Part shown: in pieces, positions 1-10,024 of the stretch | How the letters are laid out: each line of letters starts with the position of its first letter | Numbering within the stretch: position 1 is the stretch's first letter | Assembly (NCBI GenBank): GCA_963707865.1 | Contig: OY970175.1 | Coordinates: forward strand, 489,493 to 553,492 | Reading direction: 5' to 3' | DNA: 64,000 nucleotides | Source of the DNA: an uncultured bacterium | Lineage (GTDB): Bacteria; Patescibacteriota; Minisyncoccia; UBA6257; 2-01-FULL-56-20 | Program-made: the position numbers and the translations under genes | Notes under the pieces: model-generated | The model's input: the letters and a program-made list of their open reading frames with translations, nothing else | Told to the model about the DNA's origin: nothing | Database searches by the model: none

Positions 1-1785
1 GCAAGCACCAATTCTTTCGCATACGCCACGACGACCATAAGCGAATATCTCACCCGCAATGCCAATAATATTTATGACCAGAGCGATTGGTCGGGCGGAT
101 CCGGGCAAGACACCCCCGTCACTGTCGCGGGCAATACCTTCGCAACGTCCACTAAAATAGTCACAAATGCCGCGGGACAGCTCACGCTGTCAACAGCACC
201 TAGCGGCCTCGTCGGCTGGTGGACCTTTGACGAGGGGACGGGGACAACGGCGTATGATTCAAGCGGAAACGGGAACAACGGAACGTTTAGTTCACCCGCG
301 CCCACTTGGACGACCGGGGAAGTAGGGAGCGGCGCTTTGAGTTTCAATGGTACGAGTAGTTATGTAAGCGTACCTTCGGGTCCCACCCTTACATATAATC
401 CGATTACGTTCGCGGTATGGGTTAATGAACCAACAAGCACACTCGGAACTTTTATGATCGGGAAATCGACGTATGGAGGATTTTTGAGGGATTACGGGAA
501 CGGTCAATACGAATGGGATATATACTCAGGGGGCGAGCATAATATCTTTGCGACGATCCCGTCTTATAATCAATGGCATTTTATTGTCGGCACCTACGAC
601 GGGAGCGTCCAAAAATTGTATGTTGACGGCACCCTCGCGACATCGACAAATTTGTCCGTCACTCCTCAAACGACTTCTGATTTCGGTATAGGCGCGTGCA
701 TATTCTGCGGCCCTTCTCAATTCACAAAGGGGTTGCTCGACGACGCCCGCATCTATAACCGCGCCCTTTCGGCTACCGAGGTTCAGAGGCTCTACAACGC
801 GAGCGGAACGCTGGATTCGGCAACCTTTGGGGTGACCACGGGGAACCAATTGAACTCGGTTACGTGGCTCGGAAGTACGAGTATAAGCAACGGGACGGTA
901 AAATTTCAATTCGCGGTGAGCAATTCGAGCGCCTCAAGCACGCTCACGAGTTTTCTGGGGCCCGACGGGACCTCGCTCTCCTATTTCGGCGGGACGAGCG
1001 GAGCCACCGAGGGCGCCCCCGTTACCCTTGTTTCCAGTTCCACCTCCAATGGCTATTCCCTTTTCAGTGGCTACCTCTACTTCCGTTATCGCATCACCCT
1101 CCTTTCAAACGCGTCAACCCCCCCCATGAGCGGCCTGGTCGGCTGGTGGACATTTGACGAGGGCACGGGCACGACGGCGTATGATTCCAGCGGAAATGGG
1201 AACAACGGGAGCTGGCATGGGACGGCTGGGGGAACGAGTGGATACTACTCCGCGGGCAAGGTGGGACAGTGGGCGGGGTATTTCGACGGAACCGACAATT
1301 ATATACTCATGACTAGTAGCAGCATACTTTCGAGTTTTTCTGTTGCGGCATGGATAAATCCCACCTCTCTTGCTAGTCGGTCTGATATTCTTGGTTACGC
1401 CGACATCTTTTTTAATATACAAAATGGAAAAATTTGTCAGTATGTCGCGGGAGTAAACTCAAGCTATTTGTGTGGAAATACATCAGTTCCTACTAGTAGT
1501 TGGTCGTTTGCTGTTGCGACGTGGGACGGTAGCACCGAGAAAATATTTTATAATGGTTCACTGGATGGCTCAGTAGTTCTATCTGGGACTCCGGCCAGTT
1601 GGAATTCTCCCGATATCGGTGTTTGTGGCTCTGGATGTGGATTCCTAGGTTATTTCCCAGGCCTCATCGACGACGTCCGCATTTACAACCGCGCCCTCTC
1701 CCCTACCGAGGTTCAGGCACTCTATAGCAGTTATAGCAGTGGCAGTCCGACGGTAAATCAGGTTATCATAAACTGGAGTCCGTGA
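1..1785 (+). CDS. Laminin-G-3/concanavalin-A-like lectin domain repeat protein (5-prime partial, continues upstream of window)
   Basis: Frame 1 is open from position 1. Two LamG_3-like modules are present, each with LVGWWTFDEGTGTTAYDSSGNGNNG... and ...DD(A/V)RIYNRALS.TEVQ.LY. The ORF track shows only the internal Met at 337. Confidence 0.7.
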   Translation, partial: ASTNSFAYATTTISEYLTRNANNIYDQSDWSGGSGQDTPVTVAGNTFATSTKIVTNAAGQLTLSTAPSGLVGWWTFDEGTGTTAYDSSGNGNNGTFSSPAPTWTTGEVGSGALSFNGTSSYVSVPSGPTLTYNPITFAVWVNEPTSTLGTFMIGKSTYGGFLRDYGNGQYEWDIYSGGEHNIFATIPSYNQWHFIVGTYDGSVQKLYVDGTLATSTNLSVTPQTTSDFGIGACIFCGPSQFTKGLLDDARIYNRALSATEVQRLYNASGTLDSATFGVTTGNQLNSVTWLGSTSISNGTVKFQFAVSNSSASSTLTSFLGPDGTSLSYFGGTSGATEGAPVTLVSSSTSNGYSLFSGYLYFRYRITLLSNASTPPMSGLVGWWTFDEGTGTTAYDSSGNGNNGSWHGTAGGTSGYYSAGKVGQWAGYFDGTDNYILMTSSSILSSFSVAAWINPTSLASRSDILGYADIFFNIQNGKICQYVAGVNSSYLCGNTSVPTSSWSFAVATWDGSTEKIFYNGSLDGSVVLSGTPASWNSPDIGVCGSGCGFLGYFPGLIDDVRIYNRALSPTEVQALYSSYSSGSPTVNQVIINWSP

Positions 1786-1848
1786 CGGCAGTCATTTAAT
1801 AAATTTTTTAGAGGATTTTAATGCCTCGCGTGGTAGGGTGGAAGTGCA

Positions 1849-2580
1849 ATGAAAACTGCACTTCGTAAAAGAGCGCGAGAGCTAAGAAGAAAAGGATTAA
1901 GCTATAAGGAAATTAAGGAGGAAGTGGGAATCGCGAAAAGTACCTTGAGTTTGTGGCTTAAGGACATTTTGCTTGCTCCCGAACAGAGAGGGCGTTTGTA
2001 TACCAAGCGAATTGAGGTCCTGTGCCGCGGGCCGAAGAGCCAGAAAGAACGGCGGGCACGCGAAGTAGATTCGATTATTCAAGGGGCGCTGCGAGAAGTA
2101 AAACTTCCGCTTTCCGAAGAAGCCTACAAATTATTCGGCGCGGCGCTATACTGGGCGGAGGGCAACAAAGGAAAAAGTTTTGAGATCACAAATTCCGATC
2201 CATATATGATTGCCTTTATGGTGCAATGGTTGAAAAGGGTTTTCAACAAAAATCCATCCGATCTGAAGGCTCGTCTCAATGTTTATCCCCAGCAAGATGA
2301 GTTGGCTCTAAAAATTTTTTGGTCCGAACTCACTGGAATTCCATTGGCCAATTTTGGAAAAAGCTTCGTTAAACCGCCCAGTAAGAATTACAAGAAAAAT
2401 AATCTTTACTACGGAACGATGCGAATTTACGTATGCAGAGGAACCGACATGAAATACACTGTGTATGGTTGGCATAAGGCGGTTTTACAAGATCTAGAAA
2501 ATACGGTACGTTTGGTAGAGCGAAAGTGGATTTCGCTCAAAGAAACTCGTCGGCCTGTCAATCTCGCCCCCATAACTTAA
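1849..2580 (+). CDS. HTH-containing hypothetical protein, possibly LAGLIDADG-type homing-endonuclease-like
   Basis: N-terminal HTH (LSYKEIKEEVGIAKSTLSLWL). The internal segment FGAALYWAEGNKGKSFEITNSDPYMIAFMVQWLKR resembles a single LAGLIDADG motif with an acidic residue (AALYWAEG vs LAGLIDADG) followed by a beta-strand pattern. The 3-prime end overlaps tRNA-Lys. Confidence 0.35.
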   Translation: MKTALRKRARELRRKGLSYKEIKEEVGIAKSTLSLWLKDILLAPEQRGRLYTKRIEVLCRGPKSQKERRAREVDSIIQGALREVKLPLSEEAYKLFGAALYWAEGNKGKSFEITNSDPYMIAFMVQWLKRVFNKNPSDLKARLNVYPQQDELALKIFWSELTGIPLANFGKSFVKPPSKNYKKNNLYYGTMRIYVCRGTDMKYTVYGWHKAVLQDLENTVRLVERKWISLKETRRPVNLAPIT

Positions 2581-2637
2581 AGGCTAAAGTAGCTGCCTCT
2601 TAAGCAGTAAATCCAGGTTCGAGTCCTGGTGGGGGCA
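2566..2637 (+). tRNA. tRNA-Lys (anticodon CTT)
   Basis: Hand-folded cloverleaf. Acceptor GCCCCCA/TGGGGGC, D-stem ACTT/AAGT, anticodon stem GCTGC/GCAGT, loop CTCTTAA, T-arm CCAGG-TTCGAGT-CCTGG, discriminator A. CCA is not encoded. Confidence 0.7.
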
Positions 2638-2682
2638 CAAAACACCTATCCACAGTCCTACCGCTCTGCCCAGGCGGCTCTG

Positions 2683-2692
2683 CGTGGTATAA
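2683..2692 (+). promoter_or_regulatory. Extended -10 promoter element (TGgTATAAT) upstream of the 2748 gene
   Basis: The sequence gcgtggtataat lies ~55 nt upstream of the ATG at 2748. Confidence 0.35.
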
Positions 2693-2747
2693 TTTCTAAA
2701 AAGGAAGAGGCTAAACAAAGGCCGGAAGATAGCAGGAAATAAAAACA

Positions 2748-5192
2748 ATGGAAAAAAGGTTAAATAAAAACTTACTAATAAAAATTATGAAAAAAACAAT
2801 AGTTTTTGTGTCAGTGTTTGCCTTATTCGGAAGCAGCGTAGGTCTTGCGGTCGCCCAGACTACCGCCCTGAGCCAGACACTCATCGCTGACGGCGTTAAG
2901 ATTACTTTCCCGAGCGCCGGATATGAACAGTGGCTGACAAGCAGTTGGGAAGGAACTTCGGTACAGATGGCAGATGCCGTAACGGGGCAGCCCGTGTCGG
3001 CTGGGTATTGGAATATCACGCTTGCATCGCCGGGCCAGACCGAAATGGACCTTTTGGTAAACTCTAATGGTGGCGGATCTGGAATCGTTGGCGGTAGCAT
3101 TTTCATCCCCAGGGCTGGAACATGGATGGCAACCGGGATTGAGCCGGTATCGGAAGGCTCTAGTCCCCTCCCGACCGGCTACACCGCGGGAGAGCTGATC
3201 CCGGCAACTTCAAACGCTCTTACGGTCCTCAGTCCTCCCGCTCCCTATCACGTAACCGTCTCTCCTACGACCTTCGGTGAATATAATGCCGGGGGAGGCG
3301 GTCCCCATATTCCCTCCAGCGAGCTGACCGTCTCCATCACGGATCCATCCGGCAACAGGCCGCCCGATGGTGTATATGGGTTGTGGTTTGGAACGCCCGG
3401 GGGCTCGGATGAATGGCAAATAGCGGTATCGAACGGTGAAGTACCGATATGGAATTGCTGGAATGCTTCGGGAACGGCGTTTCTGGATTATCCGGCTGGG
3501 GAATGGGCAACAGGCGAAATAAACTGTTTCGACGGCAATCCCAATTATGGCTGGGGAGTACTGGGTAATGGCGATACCTACCAAGTTGTTGACGTAACGC
3601 TCCCGAGTAATTCTCCGACCTATGGAAACTACCCAGGTGGACAAACGGTGCCAGCAACCTCCAATAGTTTTCAGGTGGCCGCGACCGTAGCAGGCCAGAA
3701 TCCCAATTCACGGCCCGTTTCCTCGAGTGGCTCCGCTGGCGGCACTAGCAGCGGCGGAACCAGCAACACTGGCGCTGGCTCCTCGCAGACCTCGGGGGCG
3801 ACGACGCTTTCAGAGACTATGAATACGCTCTCGCAATTGCTCGCCAAGCTCTCGCAAACCAACGCGACACTCTACACGCAAGCCCTGGCAATCTTAAACC
3901 AGCTCATAAAACTCTTGGGAGGCACGGGCGGTTCCGTAATCACCACACCTATTACTCCATCGCCAACGCCATCTTCGCCCACGTCCCCTCCCGCGCAATC
4001 GTGTGCTACGACGTATTCCCTCGGCAACCTTGGAGCAAACGCCTACTCGAGCGGCATCGCCTTCGACGGGACCAATATGTGGACATCAAACATGAGCAGT
4101 GACGGTGGCAGCGTGACGAAGATCACGCCGTCGGGCGTCACGACGACGTACCCCATCGGAGCAGGCCTTGCCCCTGAAGGCATCGCCTTTGACGGCACCA
4201 ACATGTGGACGGCGAACTACAGCGGCAGCGTGACGAAGATCACGCCGTCAGGCGCCACGACGACGTATTCCGTCGGAGGAACTCTTTATCGCATTGCCTT
4301 TGACGGCACCAACATGTGGACGACAAACGTAGGCGGTATCGGTGGCAGCGTGACGAAGATCACGCCCACGGGTGCCGCGACGACGTATTCCGTCGGCGCA
4401 GCATTTACTTACCCTGAAGGCATCGCCTTTGACGGGACCAACATGTGGACGGCGAACTATGTAATCAGTGGCGGCGGTAATGTGACGAAGATCACGCCGT
4501 CAGGTGTTGCGACGACGTATCCCATCGGATTATCAGCAAGAGAAAGCAATATCCCTCTTCGCATCGCCTTCGACGGGACCAATATGTGGACGGCGAATGG
4601 GCTCAGCGCCTACGTAAGTAGTGGCAGCGGCAGCGTGACGAAGATCACGCCGTCGGGCGCCGCGACAACGTATTCCCTCGGAGCAGGCATTAACCCTGCA
4701 GGCATCGCCTTCGACGGGACCAATATGTGGACGATGGACGGTAATAGCGGCAGTGTGACGGAGATCACGCCGTCAGGCGCCATGACGACGTATTCCGTCG
4801 GCGCAGTAGGCCCTAGCATCGCCTTTGACGGGACCAACATGTGGACGGAGAGCAGCGACGGCGTGACGAAGATCGCGATCGGCGCTTGTTCACTTTCCTC
4901 GTCCGCCGCTTCAAGCGGTACCACGGCATCGACACCAAGCACTTCATTTAGCTACACCTGGAACACGGACTTGCAGTATGGCATGTACAACAACGCTGAC
5001 GTGAGCGCGCTTCAGCAAGCGCTCACGCTGCAAGGAGTATATAGCGGCCCCGTGACCGGAAACTTCTTGAGCGCGACAGAGGATGCCGTTGTGCTCCTCC
5101 AGCAAAAGTATGGCATCCCCGGGACGGGGTACGTCGGACCGCAAACGCGCGCTGAGTTGAACACGCTGTACGGGAGGGGGCAAGTTCCATAG
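2748..5192 (+). CDS. Secreted beta-propeller repeat protein (NHL/Vgb-lyase-like repeats) with C-terminal peptidoglycan-binding domain (PG_binding_1)
   Basis: Signal peptide MKKTIVFVSVFALFGSSVGLAVAQ (alternative start at 2787). About 8 repeats of ...GIAFDGTNMWT.N...GSVTKITPSG..TTY.... The C-terminus LQQALTLQGVYSGPVTGNFLSATEDAVVLLQQKYGIPGTGYVGPQTRAEL is PG_binding_1-like. Confidence 0.7.
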   Translation: MEKRLNKNLLIKIMKKTIVFVSVFALFGSSVGLAVAQTTALSQTLIADGVKITFPSAGYEQWLTSSWEGTSVQMADAVTGQPVSAGYWNITLASPGQTEMDLLVNSNGGGSGIVGGSIFIPRAGTWMATGIEPVSEGSSPLPTGYTAGELIPATSNALTVLSPPAPYHVTVSPTTFGEYNAGGGGPHIPSSELTVSITDPSGNRPPDGVYGLWFGTPGGSDEWQIAVSNGEVPIWNCWNASGTAFLDYPAGEWATGEINCFDGNPNYGWGVLGNGDTYQVVDVTLPSNSPTYGNYPGGQTVPATSNSFQVAATVAGQNPNSRPVSSSGSAGGTSSGGTSNTGAGSSQTSGATTLSETMNTLSQLLAKLSQTNATLYTQALAILNQLIKLLGGTGGSVITTPITPSPTPSSPTSPPAQSCATTYSLGNLGANAYSSGIAFDGTNMWTSNMSSDGGSVTKITPSGVTTTYPIGAGLAPEGIAFDGTNMWTANYSGSVTKITPSGATTTYSVGGTLYRIAFDGTNMWTTNVGGIGGSVTKITPTGAATTYSVGAAFTYPEGIAFDGTNMWTANYVISGGGNVTKITPSGVATTYPIGLSARESNIPLRIAFDGTNMWTANGLSAYVSSGSGSVTKITPSGAATTYSLGAGINPAGIAFDGTNMWTMDGNSGSVTEITPSGAMTTYSVGAVGPSIAFDGTNMWTESSDGVTKIAIGACSLSSSAASSGTTASTPSTSFSYTWNTDLQYGMYNNADVSALQQALTLQGVYSGPVTGNFLSATEDAVVLLQQKYGIPGTGYVGPQTRAELNTLYGRGQVP

Positions 5193-5231
5193 CCACACCG
5201 CTCTCTCACGTCCGCTGGCAGTGGCAATCTG

Positions 5232-5696
5232 CTAAAACTCTCCGGTGCGAGGAGGGATGTAGTATTGCGTGTTTTTATTTAAGAATTCCAGCAAGAAGTT
5301 GCAGTATTTGGCATATTGAGTGAGCGCCTTACCAACCGAAACGTAAATTTTTTTGAGATCAACGTCATCATATTCGTGTACGAGAACATTACGCAAGCCG
5401 GCCGACGGGGCAATCTCATCGGCGAAGTCGCTCGGATAGACGTTCAGTTCAGCCAGCGTCCGAAAGGTATCTTCGTAGGTTCTCACCTTTTCATTGCCCG
5501 CGCCGAGTTCCGCGATCAGGTGCCGATTAATGTCTATCGCACGCGTAACGATGCGCTCCAAAAGCCGCTCGGTCGCCGCATAGCTCACAGAATCCTTGTC
5601 CAGCGCTTCAAGTGAAAAATGCCCCAAAGGTTCCAACCGCGACAGATCTTCTTGAATGAGCTTGATTTTCCTTACTATAAAATCTTTATTAAGCAT
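5232..5696 (-). CDS. hepT: HepT-family toxin (DUF86, RNase of HepT/MntA type VII TA system)
   Basis: Rx4HxY motif (RNVLVHEY). About 150 aa. Overlaps the upstream mntA by 8 nt. Confidence 0.75.
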   Translation of the reverse strand: MLNKDFIVRKIKLIQEDLSRLEPLGHFSLEALDKDSVSYAATERLLERIVTRAIDINRHLIAELGAGNEKVRTYEDTFRTLAELNVYPSDFADEIAPSAGLRNVLVHEYDDVDLKKIYVSVGKALTQYAKYCNFLLEFLNKNTQYYIPPRTGEF

Positions 5697-6129
5697 GGCG
5701 TTGGTTCAAATACACCTGAAATTTGCGCGCCAGATGTTCCTCCAGCTCCAGCAAAGGCCTGGCATCTTCGTATGCTCTCGTCGCAAACGCTTTAAATTCT
5801 TCGTAATCGGCCGCGTTGCCATACAGCAGTTTCCCGGTGCGGACAACTTCGTACCGAAACAGCGGGTCCACCTTATCCAGGGTTTTCAAGTCCAGATCGC
5901 GTGAACACGCCACCGGGAGGGCATCGCGCAAGGCAACATCAAGATCTAACAACTGCTCAAAAGATATTTCCCTGTATCCCAAAACAGCGATATCAACATC
6001 GCTATCGCTGCGGGAAAACCCCGTGACGAAAGAGCCATGCAGAATGACGAACTTGAGCCTAAAATCCTTGACTACTTTCGCCAGCCGCGCGGTGTTAATT
6101 TTGATTTCCATGACCTTATGATACCGCAT
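5689..6129 (-). CDS. mntA: MntA-family nucleotidyltransferase antitoxin
   Basis: Minimal nucleotidyltransferase motif ILHGSFVTGFSRSDSDVDIAV (GSx10DxD). Immediately upstream of hepT. Confidence 0.75.
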   Translation of the reverse strand: MRYHKVMEIKINTARLAKVVKDFRLKFVILHGSFVTGFSRSDSDVDIAVLGYREISFEQLLDLDVALRDALPVACSRDLDLKTLDKVDPLFRYEVVRTGKLLYGNAADYEEFKAFATRAYEDARPLLELEEHLARKFQVYLNQRHA

Positions 6130-6191
6130 GTTCTATATTTTGCAATCACAAAATCCTCTAGGGGTGGGAATGTGCTATACTATGGGCACCA

Positions 6192-8402
6192 ATGACCCAG
6201 GTTACTCTTGAGGCTCCCCTCTTTGAAGTTATCGGCGCACGTGTCCCGCTCCTTCGGCAGTTGGAAAAGCTCGGCGTCACGACCGTCGGCGACCTTCTCT
6301 ATTATTTCCCGTTCCGCTACGAAGATTTTTCAAAGATCTACGCCATCGCGGACCTTGAACCGGGCCAGCAGGCAACCATCCAAGCGACCATTGAAGAAAT
6401 CTCCTTCCGGCATACCTGGAAGAAGCGGATGAGCATCGTGGAAGCAATACTCGCGGACGCCTCCGGTTCTCTCCGCGCCGTATGGTTCAACCAGCCCTAT
6501 GTGGCAAACGTCCTCAAAGTCGGCCGCCTCGCGAACTTCGCGGGAAAAATTTCGCTTTCCGAAGAGGGCGAAGTGTATTTGAGCCATCCGGCGTATGAAC
6601 TGATACGGCGTCTGCCCAGCACCACTTCTGCATCTGTTGCAGATGCAGAAGTGGTGCTGGGCGGGACCAAACACACCGCGCGGCTCGTACCCATTTACCC
6701 GGAAACGCGCGGCCTTACCTCCCGCGGCATCCGCTTCGTCATGCAATCGGTCCTCCGGCGGAAGCCGCTACTCACGGAGTGGATCCCACCCGCCATCCTC
6801 GCCGAATTCCTCCTTCCCGAGATACGCGAGGCAATCGCATCGGTCCATTTTCCAAAACATCTCGACGACGCCCTCACCGCAAAAAAACGGTTTGCTTTTG
6901 AAGACCTTTTTCTTCTCCAACTTTTCAATCTCCAGCAGAAACTCACACTTTCCCGGGAACAAGCGCCGGCCATCGCCGTCGATATTCCAAAAGTAAAGAG
7001 GGTGCTTTCCGCGCTGCCGTTCACGCTCACCGCGTCACAGAAGAAATCGCTCTGGGAAATTATGCAAGACATGGCGCGGCCACGGCCGATGAACCGCCTG
7101 CTCCAGGGAGACGTGGGCTCCGGAAAAACCGTCATCGCGGCCATCGCCGCGATGGGCGCAGCCGACCACGGATTCCAAACCGCCTTCATGGCACCCACGG
7201 AAATCCTTGCGCACCAGCATTTTGAAACCATGAAGAAACTTTTTCTGGATACCGCGGAGCACGGCATCGCGATCGGCCTTCTCACGGCGAGCGGCGGCAC
7301 CGCCTTCTATGAAAACGGCGTTGAGGCGAAGATGCCGAAGCGCGAGTTGCACGCGAAGGCCGCGCGCGGAGAAATCGCAATCGTGTTCGGCACGCATGCG
7401 CTCATCCAAAAATCAGTGCATTTCAAAAATCTCGGTTTTGTCATCGTGGACGAGCAACATCGCTTCGGCGTGCGCCAGCGCGCCGAACTCTCCGCGAAAA
7501 AGGGCGGGCTCACGCCGCATTTCTTAAGTATGTCGGCGACGCCGATCCCGCGGACGCTTATGCTCACGGTGTTCGGCGATCTGGACCTCTCACTCATCAC
7601 GGAACTCCCGGCGGGCAGGAAACCGATTGCGACAAAGCTCGTCCCGCCGCTTGGGCGGACCGCCGCCTACGCCTTTGTGCGCGGCGAGATCACGCAGGGC
7701 CGGCAGGCATTCGTCATCTGCCCGCGCATTGAACCGGCCGAAGGGCACGAAGGGCAAAAATCGGCCGAAGCGCGAACCGCGAGAAGCGGCGAGCTCAAGC
7801 AAATAAAAACGCTGGAACTAAAATCGGTGAAAGAAGAATATGAAAAATTGTCGGAAAACGTTTTCCCCAATCTCGCGATCGCAATGCTCCACGGCCAGAT
7901 GAAAGCGAAGGAAAAAAATGACGTCATGCGGCAATTCAAGGACAAACAATTTGATATTATCGTCACGACCTCCGTCGTGGAAGTCGGCGTGGACATCCCG
8001 AACGCGACAATCATGATGATAGAGGGCGCCGAACGGTTCGGCCTCGCCCAGCTCTATCAGTTCCGCGGCCGCGTGGGGCGGGGCGAGCACCAATCCCATT
8101 GCTTCCTCATGGCGGATACGAACGCAAAAACCGCGCACGCGCGGCTCAAAGCAATCCTTGAAGCGAAAAACGGGTTTGAACTCGCAGAGAAGGACCTCGC
8201 CCTGCGCGGTCCCGGCCAATTTTTCGGAGAAATCCAAACAGGACTCCCCGACATCGCCATGGAAGCGCTCCGCGATCCGGAACTTGTGAAAACCAGCCGC
8301 GACGCGGCGATCAAGACCATCCAAGCCGACCCTTCGTTAAAAACCCATCCCCTGCTCAAAGCCAAACTGGAACAATTCCGAGACAGGATCCATCAGGAGT
8401 AA
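6192..8402 (+). CDS. recG: ATP-dependent DNA helicase RecG
   Basis: N-terminal wedge region. Helicase motifs GDVGSGKT, DEQHRFGV, SATPIPRT, and FRGRVGRG with the Q motif region. Confidence 0.9.
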   Translation: MTQVTLEAPLFEVIGARVPLLRQLEKLGVTTVGDLLYYFPFRYEDFSKIYAIADLEPGQQATIQATIEEISFRHTWKKRMSIVEAILADASGSLRAVWFNQPYVANVLKVGRLANFAGKISLSEEGEVYLSHPAYELIRRLPSTTSASVADAEVVLGGTKHTARLVPIYPETRGLTSRGIRFVMQSVLRRKPLLTEWIPPAILAEFLLPEIREAIASVHFPKHLDDALTAKKRFAFEDLFLLQLFNLQQKLTLSREQAPAIAVDIPKVKRVLSALPFTLTASQKKSLWEIMQDMARPRPMNRLLQGDVGSGKTVIAAIAAMGAADHGFQTAFMAPTEILAHQHFETMKKLFLDTAEHGIAIGLLTASGGTAFYENGVEAKMPKRELHAKAARGEIAIVFGTHALIQKSVHFKNLGFVIVDEQHRFGVRQRAELSAKKGGLTPHFLSMSATPIPRTLMLTVFGDLDLSLITELPAGRKPIATKLVPPLGRTAAYAFVRGEITQGRQAFVICPRIEPAEGHEGQKSAEARTARSGELKQIKTLELKSVKEEYEKLSENVFPNLAIAMLHGQMKAKEKNDVMRQFKDKQFDIIVTTSVVEVGVDIPNATIMMIEGAERFGLAQLYQFRGRVGRGEHQSHCFLMADTNAKTAHARLKAILEAKNGFELAEKDLALRGPGQFFGEIQTGLPDIAMEALRDPELVKTSRDAAIKTIQADPSLKTHPLLKAKLEQFRDRIHQE

Positions 8403-8696
8403 CTGCTTACTGCCACCACTCAACGATCACTATGCCGTCGGCGCCGCCGTTCGCCGTTACCGTCTGGAAGCGAGGGACGCCCTACGTCAAATATTCCCCG
8501 AAAGCTTTACAATGATAACTGCCGGAACTGCGTTTCGCCAAAAACCGAACGCGGGCGCGCCTTGGTTTTCCTGGGTTCCAGTCCCTGATTGAAAAATCAG
8601 GATAGAGTTCAGCGGCGTTTCTCTTTAATGAAGAACCTCACGCTTACGGGCGAGAAGTTCACGCGCGAATTAGAAATAGCCTGCTTATAAGAACTG

Positions 8697-8851
8697 GAAT
8701 GTTCCCTTCCCATGTACAACGGCAACAACAACGTTGTAGCGACGATATTCGGCAATGGTGGCTGTAATTACGCCAACTACGGCAACGTCGGCAACAACAA
8801 CGGCAACGAGAATAGCTACAACTTCCGTTGCGCGCGCTAGCCCTTCAGCCA
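8697..8851 (+). repeat. DGR template repeat (TR)
   Basis: About 155 bp, ~88% identical to the VR at 10420-10575 when VR is taken on the minus strand. All 18 mismatches are A in TR (AAC codons) against non-A in VR. Includes the shared GC-rich 3-prime end ttgcgcgcgctagcccttcagccag. It lies inside a 42-codon + strand ORF from the ATG at 8712; the + strand stops upstream at TAA 8688 and at the shared TAG at 8839. Confidence 0.85.
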
Positions 8852-10024
8852 GGAAAACAACTCAAACACCCGCGGATAATATTCTTTAATCCAAGGGTGT
8901 TTTTGTTTTGTTTTTAAAATCAAATTATACGTATCGGCATGAACAAGGTGCCCAAAATAAGAAGCGATGGAATTTCTGACATCCGAATGCTCCATTACAT
9001 CGCGGTAATTTTCAAAAAGCCACATCTTATGTTTGAATTTTTTGACTATCCGCCGGCGCACATAAACGCGCCACGGCTTCACGAAATAACCGATAAAATC
9101 CATGCCGTAAGACAATGGTTGCATATGGCATTTTTTTAAATTCAATTCAAGAAAAAGACTTTCTTTTAAAAATACTTTAATCGCGCCGAAAAACTCTTTC
9201 AATTTTTCCTTGTCTTTGTGAATAATGTAAAAATCATCCACATATCTGCCGTAAAATTCGCATTTTAATTTTCTTTTTACGAACTGGTCCAGTTCGTTCA
9301 AATAAACATTGGCGAAAAATTGCGATGTTAAATTACCGATAGGCAAACCAACATCTTCGCGAATACCAAAAAGAGATTTTTGCCTCGGCACGATTTTTAA
9401 AAGGTCGCTATCACCTTTTATTATGTAATTTTTCGTCGGGTCGTAAAAAATTATCGTTTCTGCGAGCCACTGCAATTCATCTTTTATATTTTCGGAAAAC
9501 AAGGTTGATGCTATTTTCTTGAAAACCAATTCGCGCAAAATCCCTTTGTTGATATGCATAAAGAATCCCGAGATGTCGGCTTTCAGATAATACCAATTAT
9601 TGTAATGTTCCGGATCTGAATTTTGAATGCGCCTGATGAATTTTTGAAGCCGCTTCATCGCGAAAAGCGTTCCCTTGCCTTTTCGGCAAGCGTAACTGTC
9701 ATAAATAAAGGATTTTTCAAAATAAGATTCAACTGTTCTGACAAAAAGATGGTGGACAACGCGATCGCGGAAATCGGCGGCGAAAACTTCCCGTATCACC
9801 GGCTCTTTCACGGCAAAGCAAATAGATACGCCCGGAGAATAGGCACGTTCGCGCAAATCTTCCAATAGCCGCCACAGATTATCCTCCAGATTACACTCAA
9901 ACCGCAAGGCGTTGATGGTATTTCTTTTTCTTTTTCGGCAATCAAGATACGCGTAATACAGATTTTCAAACGTGAACAGCGACTCTTGGGGGTCAGGTTT
10001 CATTGTTTTACGCTTTTCAGCCAT
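8837..10024 (-). CDS. DGR reverse transcriptase
   Basis: RT domain with YVDD-type motif (GRYVDDFYII) and the DGR-typical IGNLTSQ ([ILV]GxxxSQ) motif. N-terminal LFTFENLYYAYLDCRKRKR. Adjacent to avd and TR. Confidence 0.9.
   Translation of the reverse strand: MAEKRKTMKPDPQESLFTFENLYYAYLDCRKRKRNTINALRFECNLEDNLWRLLEDLRERAYSPGVSICFAVKEPVIREVFAADFRDRVVHHLFVRTVESYFEKSFIYDSYACRKGKGTLFAMKRLQKFIRRIQNSDPEHYNNWYYLKADISGFFMHINKGILRELVFKKIASTLFSENIKDELQWLAETIIFYDPTKNYIIKGDSDLLKIVPRQKSLFGIREDVGLPIGNLTSQFFANVYLNELDQFVKRKLKCEFYGRYVDDFYIIHKDKEKLKEFFGAIKVFLKESLFLELNLKKCHMQPLSYGMDFIGYFVKPWRVYVRRRIVKKFKHKMWLFENYRDVMEHSDVRNSIASYFGHLVHADTYNLILKTKQKHPWIKEYYPRVFELFSWLKG

Noticed and set aside
3210-5227. Antisense ORFs inside the 2748-5192 beta-propeller gene (3210-3644, 3337-3711, 4610-4942, 4944-5198).
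   Set aside because: They are repeat-induced shadow frames with no support.
6330-8365. Multiple antisense ORFs inside recG (for example 6695-7300, 7818-8324 on the minus strand).
   Set aside because: They are shadow frames of a high-GC, well-supported recG reading frame. They have no motifs or RBS.
8712-8839. Calling the small ORF MYNGNNNVVATIFGNGGCNYANYGNVGNNNGNENSYNFRCAR as a pseudogene copy of the pilin-like gene's C-terminus.
   Set aside because: Its differences from the target gene are exclusively adenines on this strand. That identifies it as the DGR template repeat rather than a decayed gene fragment.
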